From: Candidatus Heimdallarchaeota archaeon
Lineage (GTDB): Archaea; Asgardarchaeota; Heimdallarchaeia; Hodarchaeales; Hodarchaeaceae
Direction of reading: 5' to 3'
DNA length: 64,000 bases
Assembly (NCBI GenBank): GCA_011364965.1
Contig: RDOB01000002.1
Location: 32,001-96,000 of the forward strand
Positions 19,605-30,370 of this stretch are shown here, one piece after another. Positions within the stretch are counted from its first letter, which is position 1, and each line of letters begins with the position of its first letter. The translations under genes and the position numbers were made by a program. The notes under the pieces are model-generated. The model was not told where the DNA came from. It saw only the letters and a program-made list of their open reading frames with translations, and did no database searches.

Positions 19605-20957
19605 ATGATAGTGACTCGTATACACTCCCAAATTAACCCAAGTTCTTTGAAGGAATGTATATTACTATTACCTCTGCCTACAACGATCAATCAACAATTT
19701 TTAAATTCAGAGATGCGAGCCCTTGTAGACTCAGCTCAATATCAGGTGATTTCTGAATATAGTATTGATACAAATAATTTGAGTTATTTCTTTTCAGTTC
19801 AAAGGTTACAAGAAATCAAAAATCAACTAGAAATAGATTATAATGTGTCCTCATTGAATCTAGTGATTGGGTCTCACATCTCACCAAAACAAGGAGTAAA
19901 TTTAGAAAATCTATTTGAAATAAGGATAATTGATAAATTTGATTTAGTATTAGAGATATTTGCAGATCGTGCAATGACCGAAGAATCCAAATTACAAATT
20001 GAATTAGCTCAATTAAAGTATCAACGATCACGTGACCGCTTAAGACTTATGCATAGATTGGGTCTCGAAGGAGCTTGGCACAGTGAGAGAAGTGGATTTT
20101 GGGGACCTGGTGAAAATCCCTTAAATGTTCTAGATGCCAGTATAACAAAAAAAGAAGCGATTTTACGGAAAAAGTTATTGTTTCTTAAACGACAGCGGGA
20201 AGAGAGGAGAAGAGTACGAAAAAGGATCCATAAAAATAGTCTTTACATCAGTCTAGTGGGATATACTTCTGCAGGAAAATCAACTATTCTAAATACTCTC
20301 ACAGATTCATTTGCTTCAAGTGTCGATCCTCGATTATTTGAGACTTTAGACACAAGAATTCGAAGTATTCAATTAGATGATCTTAAAATATTTATCACTG
20401 ATTCAGTAGGATTCATTGAGGATCTTCCAACATTTTTAATTGACTCTTTTAAGTCAACTCTCGAAGAAGCTCTAGCAGCGGATATAATTTTTATGATAAT
20501 TGATGGAAGTGAACCAGTAGATTATGTTGTAAAGAAATTAAAGGTTACTTGTGATACATTGAGTGAATTAACTCTATCAAATAATCGTGTATTAATTTTG
20601 AATAAGACAGATTTAATCACTCAAAATGAGTTAGAACATCGATTATCAAAGTTAAATGAGTTGTACCCAGAAATGTTGACTATTCCCATTAGTGCAGTCA
20701 ATGATGTTACTCCATTAAAGAATTATATTAATGTAATTCGTCCAGTAAAGACTTATAAGTGCAATTATCCAGCTAATCACAGTTTTCGATCATTCTGCTA
20801 TGAAAATGCGAGAATTGAGTCAGAATCATGTACTCACTCGGATTGGGAAATGATTTTTGGACTACGTAACCCTGAATATAGTATTCCAAATATAAAGCGG
20901 AAAGCCAAGGCTCTTGGAGTTCCTGTTGAATTGGAGGTGGTGAAATCTGTCGACTAG
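19605..20957 (+). CDS. hflX: GTPase HflX
   Basis: LVLEIFADRA..EESKLQIELAQLKY, GPGE, GYTSAGKST, LFETLD, DSVGFI, FKSTLEE, NKTD. Confidence 0.93.
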   Translation: MIVTRIHSQINPSSLKECILLLPLPTTINQQFLNSEMRALVDSAQYQVISEYSIDTNNLSYFFSVQRLQEIKNQLEIDYNVSSLNLVIGSHISPKQGVNLENLFEIRIIDKFDLVLEIFADRAMTEESKLQIELAQLKYQRSRDRLRLMHRLGLEGAWHSERSGFWGPGENPLNVLDASITKKEAILRKKLLFLKRQREERRRVRKRIHKNSLYISLVGYTSAGKSTILNTLTDSFASSVDPRLFETLDTRIRSIQLDDLKIFITDSVGFIEDLPTFLIDSFKSTLEEALAADIIFMIIDGSEPVDYVVKKLKVTCDTLSELTLSNNRVLILNKTDLITQNELEHRLSKLNELYPEMLTIPISAVNDVTPLKNYINVIRPVKTYKCNYPANHSFRSFCYENARIESESCTHSDWEMIFGLRNPEYSIPNIKRKAKALGVPVELEVVKSVD

Positions 20958-20979
20958 ACATATTTGGTTAAGTTCTCGT

Positions 20980-22107
20980 TTGGTTCTATATATGATTATT
21001 ATTCTTATGGTTACTGGAGTTAATAAAGAGATAAAATCATTGGATACTGAATATCATTGGCCTCTCTTTGAAGTTGGAGCTCCCCAAGCATGGAACTATA
21101 CCCAAGGTGACCCAGAAATTGTTCTTGCAGTAATAGATAGTGGAATCGATTTTACCCATCCTGATCTAGAAAACCAGTCATGGGTTAATCTTGATGAAAT
21201 TCCTGAGAATGGTATTGATGACGATAGAAATGGATTCATTGATGATATTATTGGATGGGATTTCCGTGGAAGCGATAATAATCCTAGTCCTGGCCACCCT
21301 CATGGCACATTTATAGCAGGAATCATCTCTGGGGATGATGATAATGATCTTATGGTAGGAATAGCTCCAAATATAAAGTTAATGGCTATAAGATTTTTGG
21401 ATGATAATAATGCATTTAGCGGGGACGATTGGGAGATGTTTGCTAACGCTATAAACTACTCAGTCGAGAATGGGGCCCAAATTATTCAGCTTTCGATTGA
21501 AGCATTTGGTACACCCCCCTCTGAATTCTATAATACAATTAAAAATGCTTATGACAATGGCGTAACTATCGTAGGTGTTACTGGCAATTATGGAGATCAT
21601 GTGACATATCCTGGTAAGTATCCAGAGGTAATAGCGGTTTCTGCAACTACGGAAACAAGAGAAATAGCAGATTTCTCTAATCAAGGGGAAGAGAATGAGA
21701 TTTGCGCCCCTGGAAAAGATATTTATTCTATTATTCCTGGTTCTACGTCTTATGCCACAGGATCTGGGACATCTTTTGCATCTCCACTCGTTTCGGGTAC
21801 TATTGCATTGATGCTCTCTCTAAATCGAACTTTGACACCAGACACAATCCGATTAATATTGCACGAATCTAGTACGGACTTAGGAGAGCTAGGTAAAGAT
21901 GCTACTTTTGGATATGGCCTTCTAAATGCCTCTGCTGCTGTTGAAAAAGTACTATATGAGTGGAATCATGGATTAATCCCCACTACATCCTCAACAACTC
22001 ACTATACCAGTGGATTCTCAAATAAAATCACTCCTCACTCCTCTGTTCTACTATCATCTTCTTGTCTATTTATACTAGCAATAGCAAATAAGAAAAATAA
22101 ACGTTGA
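20980..22107 (+). CDS. Secreted S8 subtilisin-like serine peptidase with C-terminal anchor
   Basis: AVIDSGID, HGTFIAG and GTSFASP catalytic triad; NGIDDDRNGFIDD insert; Thr/Ser linker, SGF, hydrophobic stretch and basic tail. Confidence 0.92.
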   Translation: MVLYMIIILMVTGVNKEIKSLDTEYHWPLFEVGAPQAWNYTQGDPEIVLAVIDSGIDFTHPDLENQSWVNLDEIPENGIDDDRNGFIDDIIGWDFRGSDNNPSPGHPHGTFIAGIISGDDDNDLMVGIAPNIKLMAIRFLDDNNAFSGDDWEMFANAINYSVENGAQIIQLSIEAFGTPPSEFYNTIKNAYDNGVTIVGVTGNYGDHVTYPGKYPEVIAVSATTETREIADFSNQGEENEICAPGKDIYSIIPGSTSYATGSGTSFASPLVSGTIALMLSLNRTLTPDTIRLILHESSTDLGELGKDATFGYGLLNASAAVEKVLYEWNHGLIPTTSSTTHYTSGFSNKITPHSSVLLSSSCLFILAIANKKNKR

Positions 22108-24243
22108 TCATGAGTTATCTCGCTTGATTAGTTCTTCTAAATAGGCATTTAAAGCAGAATAGAGGGAATTCAACATATTTTTAATGTTTGAATCTGAAAT
22201 TCCTAAGAATCTAGCAATAGCAGCATCCAAGTCATATTTGGATTTCTTATTGAGTTCTACTTTGATAGACTCTTGTTTATTTGAGGCAAGCTTATCAAAT
22301 TCAGCAATTATTTGCTTTTTCAATTGTAAATTTCCCTTAAAAGGATCAATGAATAATCTTTCTTTCATATAATCGTTTATTTGTAAACGACCATAAGATC
22401 CTGCTATCTCTCTACGAATGGCAAGATATAACAATAAAAACCAGCTTGAATTTAGCCATGCAACTATAATTTTTGCTTCATTTGAAGTCAAATTCTTAAT
22501 CAAGTAGAAATTTTTCGAACATACTGTTTTAGCTTCCGTAAAATGTCCCAAGACGCCATTAGTGCTAACACTCAGCTTATCAATTAGAAAAACATGACCC
22601 AGAGGTTCCTTCACAAGAATTTGGGAATAAATATGAGATATCCAATTTTCACCAAATTTTTTCTTTGCTATTATACCGAACTCTGCTGTTTCTTGAACAT
22701 ATTGTCTTACCCATGGATCGTTAACATTTTTTGGTGAAAGTGAAATCGCATAATCCTCAATCTTATCCAATGATATTTTATCAATATATTTGCTTGGTTT
22801 TCTTAATGAGGAAACTAGAGATGATTTTGGGACTTCTAATTCAGAAAATTTAGACTGAATGACAACATTGGTTACTAAATCTCTCTTAATACGCCATATT
22901 TTGTTAGGAAGGAAAAAGAAATTCGGGCCGTACATTTCTACTCCCCGTATTATTTTTAATTTCAAGTCCCTTCCAGATTTTATGGTTTCATTACTAAGTA
23001 GCCTTTGGCGAATTTTAAATAATGATGGGTTAGTTAAGTAGACTAACCAGTTCCATTCAGATTTTAAATGCTCATATTCAACCCTGAGGAGGCTAGAAAT
23101 TCCCCAAATAGATGTTGAAGATGAGTCATGAAACTTCAAAAAAGAGATGCAGGATTTGATGTTCGTTTTGGTTCCAAGAAGAAATATTTCTCTGATATTA
23201 CTGCCTTCAGAAAAGGATTTATTATTCTTAGCGACTCCAATGATTTCTAGCGAGTACTTTTTCAGAATTAACCTACGAATATTTTGCGAGTAATCCGAGT
23301 AAATAGTTGAGGCTGGTAAAATAGCAGCTAATGTTCCCATATTAGCTAATAAGCAATCAGCAAGCAAAAAAGAATAGATATGTAAACCCATTTGTCCTTG
23401 TAGATATTTCTTATATCTTGTTTCTATATCAATTAATTTATTCCTTAACTCGTTGTCAATTCTATGAGTCCGTGTGAAGGGGGGATTCATTAAAACTAAA
23501 TCATATGCACCTAGAGAAAACGCATTAGATGGATCAAAAGCATCTCCAATTGTTGCTATTAGGTGTTCAAACCCTACTCCATGGCTAGAAAGTCTGATAA
23601 CTAATCTACATGTCGCAATTAATACGGATATTGGATCTATATCATTAATTGTTATCCTTGGAAAGCATTTAGTTGGAATCAGAATGTCAAGGTACGCAGA
23701 TATTAATCTACCTGTTCCACAAAAAGGATCAATGATTTTCCAATTATCTTTTTGCCTTATTAGGCTTACAAGATAAGTTGACGCGTCAAAGGTGGTATAA
23801 TTGACTGCAAGTCGTTTTCTTTCGTCTAATGGAATAGAATTTTGGAGGATAATACCGAAAAAATCTTGCTCAAGAGCACCTTGTATATTTGGGATTGGTG
23901 TCTCCAAAATTCCACTTAAAGAATCATATTCTTGCAGATGAGTAAAAATCTTGTTGATAAAGGTCCAAAGTGATTCAGATGATGGATACTTTTTGGATAA
24001 TGCTTTTCCTGTTTTCTTTATATTCCCAGGTGACCATTTCTCATATTTCAAAGGATTTAAAAACTTAATTAGCCAGACTGCTAACAGAATTATTATAATA
24101 TAAACATCTTTTTTCCCAAAAGGGATAAGAAAAGACTTTACAGATAGAACATCAGCACACGAATGCATCCAGTCAGAAATAGGCTGGTATTCAGAAATTT
24201 CTATTCTGTTGCTTCCTTCAATAGCTGGAATCGTACACACCAA
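22108..24243 (-). CDS. N6-adenine DNA methyltransferase (gamma class) with TRD
   Basis: NYT, IIDPFCGTGRL, NDID, GDAF, MNPPFTR, AWLNSS. Confidence 0.82.
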   Translation of the reverse strand: MVCTIPAIEGSNRIEISEYQPISDWMHSCADVLSVKSFLIPFGKKDVYIIIILLAVWLIKFLNPLKYEKWSPGNIKKTGKALSKKYPSSESLWTFINKIFTHLQEYDSLSGILETPIPNIQGALEQDFFGIILQNSIPLDERKRLAVNYTTFDASTYLVSLIRQKDNWKIIDPFCGTGRLISAYLDILIPTKCFPRITINDIDPISVLIATCRLVIRLSSHGVGFEHLIATIGDAFDPSNAFSLGAYDLVLMNPPFTRTHRIDNELRNKLIDIETRYKKYLQGQMGLHIYSFLLADCLLANMGTLAAILPASTIYSDYSQNIRRLILKKYSLEIIGVAKNNKSFSEGSNIREIFLLGTKTNIKSCISFLKFHDSSSTSIWGISSLLRVEYEHLKSEWNWLVYLTNPSLFKIRQRLLSNETIKSGRDLKLKIIRGVEMYGPNFFFLPNKIWRIKRDLVTNVVIQSKFSELEVPKSSLVSSLRKPSKYIDKISLDKIEDYAISLSPKNVNDPWVRQYVQETAEFGIIAKKKFGENWISHIYSQILVKEPLGHVFLIDKLSVSTNGVLGHFTEAKTVCSKNFYLIKNLTSNEAKIIVAWLNSSWFLLLYLAIRREIAGSYGRLQINDYMKERLFIDPFKGNLQLKKQIIAEFDKLASNKQESIKVELNKKSKYDLDAAIARFLGISDSNIKNMLNSLYSALNAYLEELIKRDNS

Positions 24244-24267
24244 TTCTATTATCAGAGAACTGAAATT

Positions 24268-25449
24268 TTAATGTTGGTATTTTACTTTAGTAATTAATCT
24301 ACCAAGTTCTATAAAATCTGAATCAAGGGGAATTGTTTTTTTCTTTGCTCCTTCAGAAAGAGAAACTGATTCGATTTTTTCTCCATTCAAACAGACCATT
24401 TTTCCAAATACTCCATCGAGGATTAATTTTGCTGCTTGTACTCCCAATCTAAGACCAAGAATTCTATCAAATGAATTTGGTGTCCCAGCTCTCATAGTAT
24501 GACCAAGTACTACGTCTCGGACCTCAAATTCGGAATCAAACTGTTTCAAATGCTCCGCTAAATCGTTTCGTGCAGAAATTTCTTCCACAATAATATCAGC
24601 CATATTTAACTTTGCCAGTAGTGGATTGCCAAAGTTATCTTTAGGAAGTTGATCCAGAGCTTCTTTTTTTATTGTCTTGAAATCACGTTTTAACGATTCT
24701 TCGGTTGGGATTGCTCCTTCACTACAAGCAATAATATGATATTTTCGACCGACGCGGGCACGATCTTTAATAACCTGAATAACTTCCTTTTCTAGATCAA
24801 ATTTGTGTTCTGGTATTAAAATTATGTCAGCTCCTGCTGAAATGCCGCTAATTAATGTTAACCAGCCAGCATCCCTTCCCATTATTTGAACAACAAAAAT
24901 CCTTTGATGGCTACGGGCTGTAGTGGTGATATTGTCTATAGAATTCGACGCTAATTGGACTGCGGACCAAAATCCGAATGTATAGTCCGTACTTGAAAGA
25001 TCATTGTCAATAGTTTTCGGTACTCCTACAACTTTTGCTCCTGCGTATTCATACATAGCTTCTGCAACTCCCAAGGTATCATCTCCACCGATACAACACA
25101 GAGCGTCTATCCCTAACTCCTCAAATTTTGAAGTCATATATTCAGCAGTTGCTTTTATCTTTTTTTGCCTTTCTGCAGAATCCTTTACTTTTTTGGCTTC
25201 CTTATAAGGATTTGTCCTTGATGTATAGAGAATTGTGCCTCCAATGGTATGAAGGTCATCAAGATCGGTTACTTTAAGTTCTCTTGTTTTATTCTCGAGA
25301 AATCCTTGCCATCCTTTTTCAATTCCAATTACTTTGACTCCTCCCTCGGATAATTTTAATAATAATCCATAAATTACACTATTTAGACCAGGACAGTCTC
25401 CTCCACCTGTTAATACTCCAACAGTTTGCACCATAATTAACACCAGCAA
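24268..25449 (-). CDS. pfkA: PfkA-family 6-phosphofructokinase, PPi-dependent signature (likely start ATG 25434)
   Basis: LTGGGDCPGLN, GGTILYTSR, GGDDT, PKTIDND, MGRDAGW, LGH. Confidence 0.92.
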   Translation of the reverse strand: MLVLIMVQTVGVLTGGGDCPGLNSVIYGLLLKLSEGGVKVIGIEKGWQGFLENKTRELKVTDLDDLHTIGGTILYTSRTNPYKEAKKVKDSAERQKKIKATAEYMTSKFEELGIDALCCIGGDDTLGVAEAMYEYAGAKVVGVPKTIDNDLSSTDYTFGFWSAVQLASNSIDNITTTARSHQRIFVVQIMGRDAGWLTLISGISAGADIILIPEHKFDLEKEVIQVIKDRARVGRKYHIIACSEGAIPTEESLKRDFKTIKKEALDQLPKDNFGNPLLAKLNMADIIVEEISARNDLAEHLKQFDSEFEVRDVVLGHTMRAGTPNSFDRILGLRLGVQAAKLILDGVFGKMVCLNGEKIESVSLSEGAKKKTIPLDSDFIELGRLITKVKYQH

Positions 25450-25550
25450 TGATACCTAAAAGCATTCAAGATTTAAAAGTAGATTGAAATATATGATATA
25501 TTGTCTTCTTTCCATATAATTTGGGTTAGAAAAAAAGCTTCCCAAACTGC

Positions 25551-26354
25551 TTAACGTAATTTTCCGTAACAGTGGGGACAAAAGAACGCATTCGCAGGTA
25601 CTTGTTTTCCACAAAATTTACACGTTGTTTGGGAACCTCCACTAGGAGCTGCTTTTTTAACAACTGTCTTCTGGGGTTCTTTGGCTTTTCCCGTGGATTT
25701 AATCGCCATTTTTGGTCTACGTGAAGAAGTAGATCCTCCTGAAGTACCTCCCCACTGCAAAGTAGGTTCCCAACCAGCTACTGGTTTTGGTTGTTTTATA
25801 GAGGGCGCGCTTTTTCCTTTAACAAAGCCCAGAACTATTAAAACTAACCCAATTACTGCGATAATCCCAGGAATAATAAAAGTAAATAATGAAAAGCTGA
25901 TGGAAGCTTGTGTCCGGAGAACAGTTATATCTGAGTTCAAGTTATTTTCTAATCGAACTAGCAATGAGAATCCCCGGGATGAAGCAGAGTTTCCAATCAT
26001 AGAATTAAAATCATAAGTAATTGATTCAAAATTTCCAGCAATAAATGAAGGTCCTCGAATAACAGCTGAGGTCAATCCATCCACTGATTCATAAACTAAC
26101 GAAATATTGCATTCGAAATACGTGGTTGCTGAGATCTCAATGGAGACTCTTGTTGTTGTGAAGAGAGGATGTGAGACCTGAGTGACAGCTACGACATCGA
26201 GCGTCGAGTATCCACTCACAGTTTGATTTTGTTCGATCCAACCTGTTCCTAGTGTAAATGGAGGAATAGCTAAACCAATGATACCAGTCAATAGAATTAT
26301 TAGAAAACCTACTCCAAATATAGGAGCTCCCGCTTTGGTAAATTTATGAACCAT
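25551..26354 (-). CDS. Two-TM membrane protein with cytoplasmic zinc-ribbon tail
   Basis: N-terminal and central TM helices, beta-rich ectodomain, low-complexity linker, CKFCG...FCPHC. Confidence 0.7.
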   Translation of the reverse strand: MVHKFTKAGAPIFGVGFLIILLTGIIGLAIPPFTLGTGWIEQNQTVSGYSTLDVVAVTQVSHPLFTTTRVSIEISATTYFECNISLVYESVDGLTSAVIRGPSFIAGNFESITYDFNSMIGNSASSRGFSLLVRLENNLNSDITVLRTQASISFSLFTFIIPGIIAVIGLVLIVLGFVKGKSAPSIKQPKPVAGWEPTLQWGGTSGGSTSSRRPKMAIKSTGKAKEPQKTVVKKAAPSGGSQTTCKFCGKQVPANAFFCPHCYGKLR

Positions 26355-26839
26355 TTTTCACACTCACTCACTTTAAACTCATAGAAGCATATCAAGAATA
26401 TCAAGAGCTAAATCTATACCATCTCACCCCCGCGCGGGTTACTTAAATATTTCGAATTACATAATGGAGAGCTAATCTTTTTTTGAAAATCCCAGATTTA
26501 TCCATAATCTGAGAAATCAAGATCGTAGCGATCCTATTAATTAATATTAAGAGGGGATAAAGCAAAAGAAGACGATATTAGACACTTATTTGTCTATTAA
26601 AGATCTTTAACATCGAACTTAATAGAGAAATACTGATTTAAAGTCGATTTTAAAGGAAGCATCCAGAATAAAATGAAATCCCCTGAGTAGATAAACTAAT
26701 AAAGAGCTTTAAATGAAAAATCCCCTCTAAGAAATCATTGGATTCTAATTAGAATTCATAATATCATAATGAAAGAAATTCTTTTTATAAACCAGAAAAA
26801 TGCTTTACCTTACACAACTTTACAAGCTGGGATCGATCT

Positions 26840-28033
26840 ATGCGTAATAATGCTACAAAATATATTATTCTCCTGTCCTTAGTTCTTAGCTATTTCACTT
26901 TTAATCCTACAAGTAGTTCCTCAAGCGCTAATATCCAGAATATTGCTTTGATTGTTGACGCTTCGGAGTTCTACGATGAAGATTTTGTACAAGATATTAT
27001 TAATGGTTTTTCAGTAGTCAATGAAACTTTTAATATTAATTTCTCAATTTTTATATTAGAAGATTACACTTTCTACAATAGATTTCCTTATAAATCCGGG
27101 TATTACTTTCGTAATCTGGTTACAAATCAAACTATATTAGCTATTGATGTCCTTGATACCAATGATTATGATCTAATTGTTTTGATGGGTTATGAGCTTC
27201 GTAGGGGTTTTGGAAGTTTAAGTAGTGGTTCACGAGTATTCTTGCCAAATCTATATCCTGACACAACTTTCTTGTTCTATGATCTAGCTGGAGAGATCCC
27301 CTCCTATTTTGGAGATAGTGCGAAATATGATAACGTTATTCTCGTAAGTTTTAGTGAAAATGAGATAGGTTTTATCGCTGGTACTCTAGCAACCGCATTC
27401 ATATCTCCATTTCCAGAAAAAATTGCTCTTGTGGGCACGTATTTTTCAGATCCTAAATCAACAGCTTTGATCGCTGGATTCCAAGCTGCGATTTTTCGTG
27501 AAATATCCGATATCGAAATTCAGATTTCTTATGTGGATAATGGTAATAATTGGTTTAATTATTCATCTGCAAGATCTCTCAGTGAAGAGCTGGAATCTGC
27601 TGATTATGGCCTGATTTTTAGTGCTGTTCCGAATAACAATACCTTGGGAATAATTGACGGCTGTTCAACAAATATACCAATAATCACAATCGATTCAAAC
27701 AGATCTGGTTTATATAGTAATGTTTATAGTATTGTAAAGAATAATACTCAAACGATTCTTTCATTATTTAATGTTCTTAACGGAACTGAGTTTACTGGTG
27801 CAATTTTCACCTATACTTTCGAAGATAACGTTTTTTATCCAGTGAATTGGGGCAATCCAGATCTACTTAATCAAACAATGACTGATTTATATCAAGATAT
27901 CGTCGTGGATAAAATTGAGATTCCTCGTACCCTGAATTATGCCCAAAACACCTCAGGATTTGAATTTCCATCAATGATAATTTTAACATTAGTATTAATT
28001 CCTTTTATCTCTGCTAAGAAGAGAAAACGATGA
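26840..28033 (+). CDS. BMP/PnrA-like nucleoside-binding substrate-binding protein with GF-CTERM anchor
   Basis: Signal peptide; YDLIVLMG, YPDTTF, FSENEIGFIAGTLA, AGFQAA; ends TSGFEF-TM-KKRKR. Confidence 0.75.
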   Translation: MRNNATKYIILLSLVLSYFTFNPTSSSSSANIQNIALIVDASEFYDEDFVQDIINGFSVVNETFNINFSIFILEDYTFYNRFPYKSGYYFRNLVTNQTILAIDVLDTNDYDLIVLMGYELRRGFGSLSSGSRVFLPNLYPDTTFLFYDLAGEIPSYFGDSAKYDNVILVSFSENEIGFIAGTLATAFISPFPEKIALVGTYFSDPKSTALIAGFQAAIFREISDIEIQISYVDNGNNWFNYSSARSLSEELESADYGLIFSAVPNNNTLGIIDGCSTNIPIITIDSNRSGLYSNVYSIVKNNTQTILSLFNVLNGTEFTGAIFTYTFEDNVFYPVNWGNPDLLNQTMTDLYQDIVVDKIEIPRTLNYAQNTSGFEFPSMIILTLVLIPFISAKKRKR

Positions 28034-28842
28034 AATTTTTGGACTCATCTTCCTCCATTGTATATGCAATAATTGGAGGATCAGGATTTTATGATTTTCT
28101 CTCCTCACCAACAAAGATCCAGGTAGAAACTCCATTTAAAAAGGAGTCAATCACCCTTTATCGCCAAACTCTCAATGAAAATGTCGTTTATTTTCTCCCC
28201 CGTCATGGATTAAACCATTCTATTCCGCCTCATATGATAAATTATAAAGCAAATCTTTTCGCTCTTCATAAATTGAACGTTTCCCGAATTATCGCTACCT
28301 GTGCAGTTGGAAGTCTTAAACATGATCTTTCTCCTGGAAATTTAGTAGTTCTTGATCAGTTTATAGATTTCGTAAGACCCCTTACTTATTTCGATGGGAA
28401 GTTCTCATTGAGATTTCCTTCTGGGTCTACTGTTTCAGGAGTTACACATTTAGATATGACAGAACCTTATTGTCCAGAAATTCGTCAAACCATAATTTCT
28501 GTTCTTGGTGAATCACCAATAGTTACATCAGGAACATATTTTACCTGTAGTGGGCCTCGATTTGAAACTTTAGCAGAAATTAAGGCTTTACAACTCTTAG
28601 GTGCTGATGTTGTTGGAATGACAAATTCATCTGAAGCAATATTAGCTCGGGAACTTGGGATATGTTATGGAGTCATCGCTGTTGTAACAAATTACGCGGC
28701 TGGTTTACAAGAAACTGTAAGCCAAGAAGAAGTGATTGAGATATTTAAACATCATTTAGGTAACTTAAAAGCTAAGATTCCAGAAATATTTACTCATTTG
28801 CCCCATTCAAGGCGCTGTGGTTGTTCTAATCATACAAAATAG
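28030..28842 (+). CDS. mtnP: S-methyl-5'-thioadenosine phosphorylase (MTAP/PNP family)
   Basis: IIGGSG, LPRHG..HSIPPH.INYKAN, AVGSL, DQFID, GPRFET.AE, VGMT, VTNYAAG; ATGA overlap with upstream gene. Confidence 0.9.
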   Translation: MKFLDSSSSIVYAIIGGSGFYDFLSSPTKIQVETPFKKESITLYRQTLNENVVYFLPRHGLNHSIPPHMINYKANLFALHKLNVSRIIATCAVGSLKHDLSPGNLVVLDQFIDFVRPLTYFDGKFSLRFPSGSTVSGVTHLDMTEPYCPEIRQTIISVLGESPIVTSGTYFTCSGPRFETLAEIKALQLLGADVVGMTNSSEAILARELGICYGVIAVVTNYAAGLQETVSQEEVIEIFKHHLGNLKAKIPEIFTHLPHSRRCGCSNHTK

Positions 28843-29032
28843 AAATTAATAATCAGAGCAATCTATTGATCAATAGTATAGTGTAAAAACAGAACTCACT
28901 TAAAATCAAACAGAGAACGTCTTCAAGAAGATAGGAATGTTACATCTCTTATTCAATTATTTTGCATCTATGAAAGTAACATTCTACTGGCTATTAACTG
29001 TTATTAATTGAAACTGAAGAAGGAATGAAAAT

Positions 29033-30187
29033 ATGCGACACATTTTTAGCTCTGAATCAGTAACAGAAGGACATCCAGATAAAATGGCAGATGCGATATC
29101 TGATGCAATTCTTGATGCTATAATAGCTAAAGATCCAGACGCTCATGTAGCCTGTGAGACATATTTAACGACAGGCATGGCTTTAGTTGGTGGAGAAATT
29201 ACTACCGAGACATATGTAGATATTCAAAAAGTTGTCAGAGATAAGATTAAAGAAATTGGGTATACAGATTCAGATATGGGATTTGATTATAAATCTGTAG
29301 CTGTACTAAATGCTATTCATGAACAGAGCCCTGATATTGCACAGGGGGTTGAAAGACAGAGTATAGAAGAACAAGGGGCTGGAGATCAAGGTTTAATGTT
29401 TGGGTATGCGTGTCGGGAAACAAAAACCTTAATGCCTCTCCCGATTTCATTAGCTCATGGATTAACAATGAGACTTGCTGAAGCGAGGAAGAAAAGAGAA
29501 ATTTCATGGTTGCGACCTGATGGTAAATCACAAGTTACAGTTGAGTATTCTAATGGTACTCCTGCTCGGGTTCCAGTTATAGTAATTGCTGCTCAGCATA
29601 CCGATGAGGTAAATCATTCAGAGATTAAGGAAGAAATAATTGAGGAAGTAATCAAAAAAGTAATCCCAGAGAGATATTTGGATCATAAAACTGAATATTT
29701 TGTAAATGAAACCGGAAGGTTCGTAATTGGAGGCCCTCATGGAGATACCGGTTTAACAGGCCGAAAAATTATTGTTGACACATATGGAGGAGTTGGATCA
29801 CATGGTGGGGGATGCTTTTCAGGAAAAGATCCTTCAAAAGTAGATAGGTCTGGTTCATACGCAGCTAGATGGGCTGCCAAGAATGTGGTCGCTGCAGGTC
29901 TTGCAGATGAATGTGAATTACAAATTGCATATGCAATAGGGGTATCTAAGCCACTTAACATTAATGTGGATACAAAAAGGACAAATAAAATTCCTGAAAA
30001 GAAAATAGTGAAAATAATAAAGCAGAATTTTGATTTTAGACCTGGATTAATCATTAAGAATTTAAATTTAAAAAGACCAATCTACTCAAAAACTGCAGCT
30101 TATGGCCATTTTGGTCGAGAGGATCCAGACTTTACATGGGAAGACATTAAACCAGCCCAAAATCTAAAAGATCAGATAGCGATTTGA
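29033..30187 (+). CDS. metK: S-adenosylmethionine synthetase, bacterial/eukaryotic type
   Basis: [67 protein letters not shown]. Confidence 0.98.
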   Translation: MRHIFSSESVTEGHPDKMADAISDAILDAIIAKDPDAHVACETYLTTGMALVGGEITTETYVDIQKVVRDKIKEIGYTDSDMGFDYKSVAVLNAIHEQSPDIAQGVERQSIEEQGAGDQGLMFGYACRETKTLMPLPISLAHGLTMRLAEARKKREISWLRPDGKSQVTVEYSNGTPARVPVIVIAAQHTDEVNHSEIKEEIIEEVIKKVIPERYLDHKTEYFVNETGRFVIGGPHGDTGLTGRKIIVDTYGGVGSHGGGCFSGKDPSKVDRSGSYAARWAAKNVVAAGLADECELQIAYAIGVSKPLNINVDTKRTNKIPEKKIVKIIKQNFDFRPGLIIKNLNLKRPIYSKTAAYGHFGREDPDFTWEDIKPAQNLKDQIAI

Positions 30188-30200
30188 GGATTTTGCAAAA

Positions 30201-30237
30201 GGGGATGATTATCCCCAATCCCTCTCATATTTTTTTT
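30201..30237 (+). terminator. Hairpin plus T-tract downstream of metK
   Basis: GGGGAT-gatt-ATCCCC stem-loop followed by a T8 run. Confidence 0.5.
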
Positions 30238-30370
30238 AATCTTGTCCTGTTTTAGCTCTAAGAGACTTTTTAATATTTACGAATATTTTAACCAAAAACT
30301 GATTTAGGAGAAATTAACAGAGTAACCTGAAGAAATACTTCTAGATTTATAGGAGTAAGAGGCACTAAAA

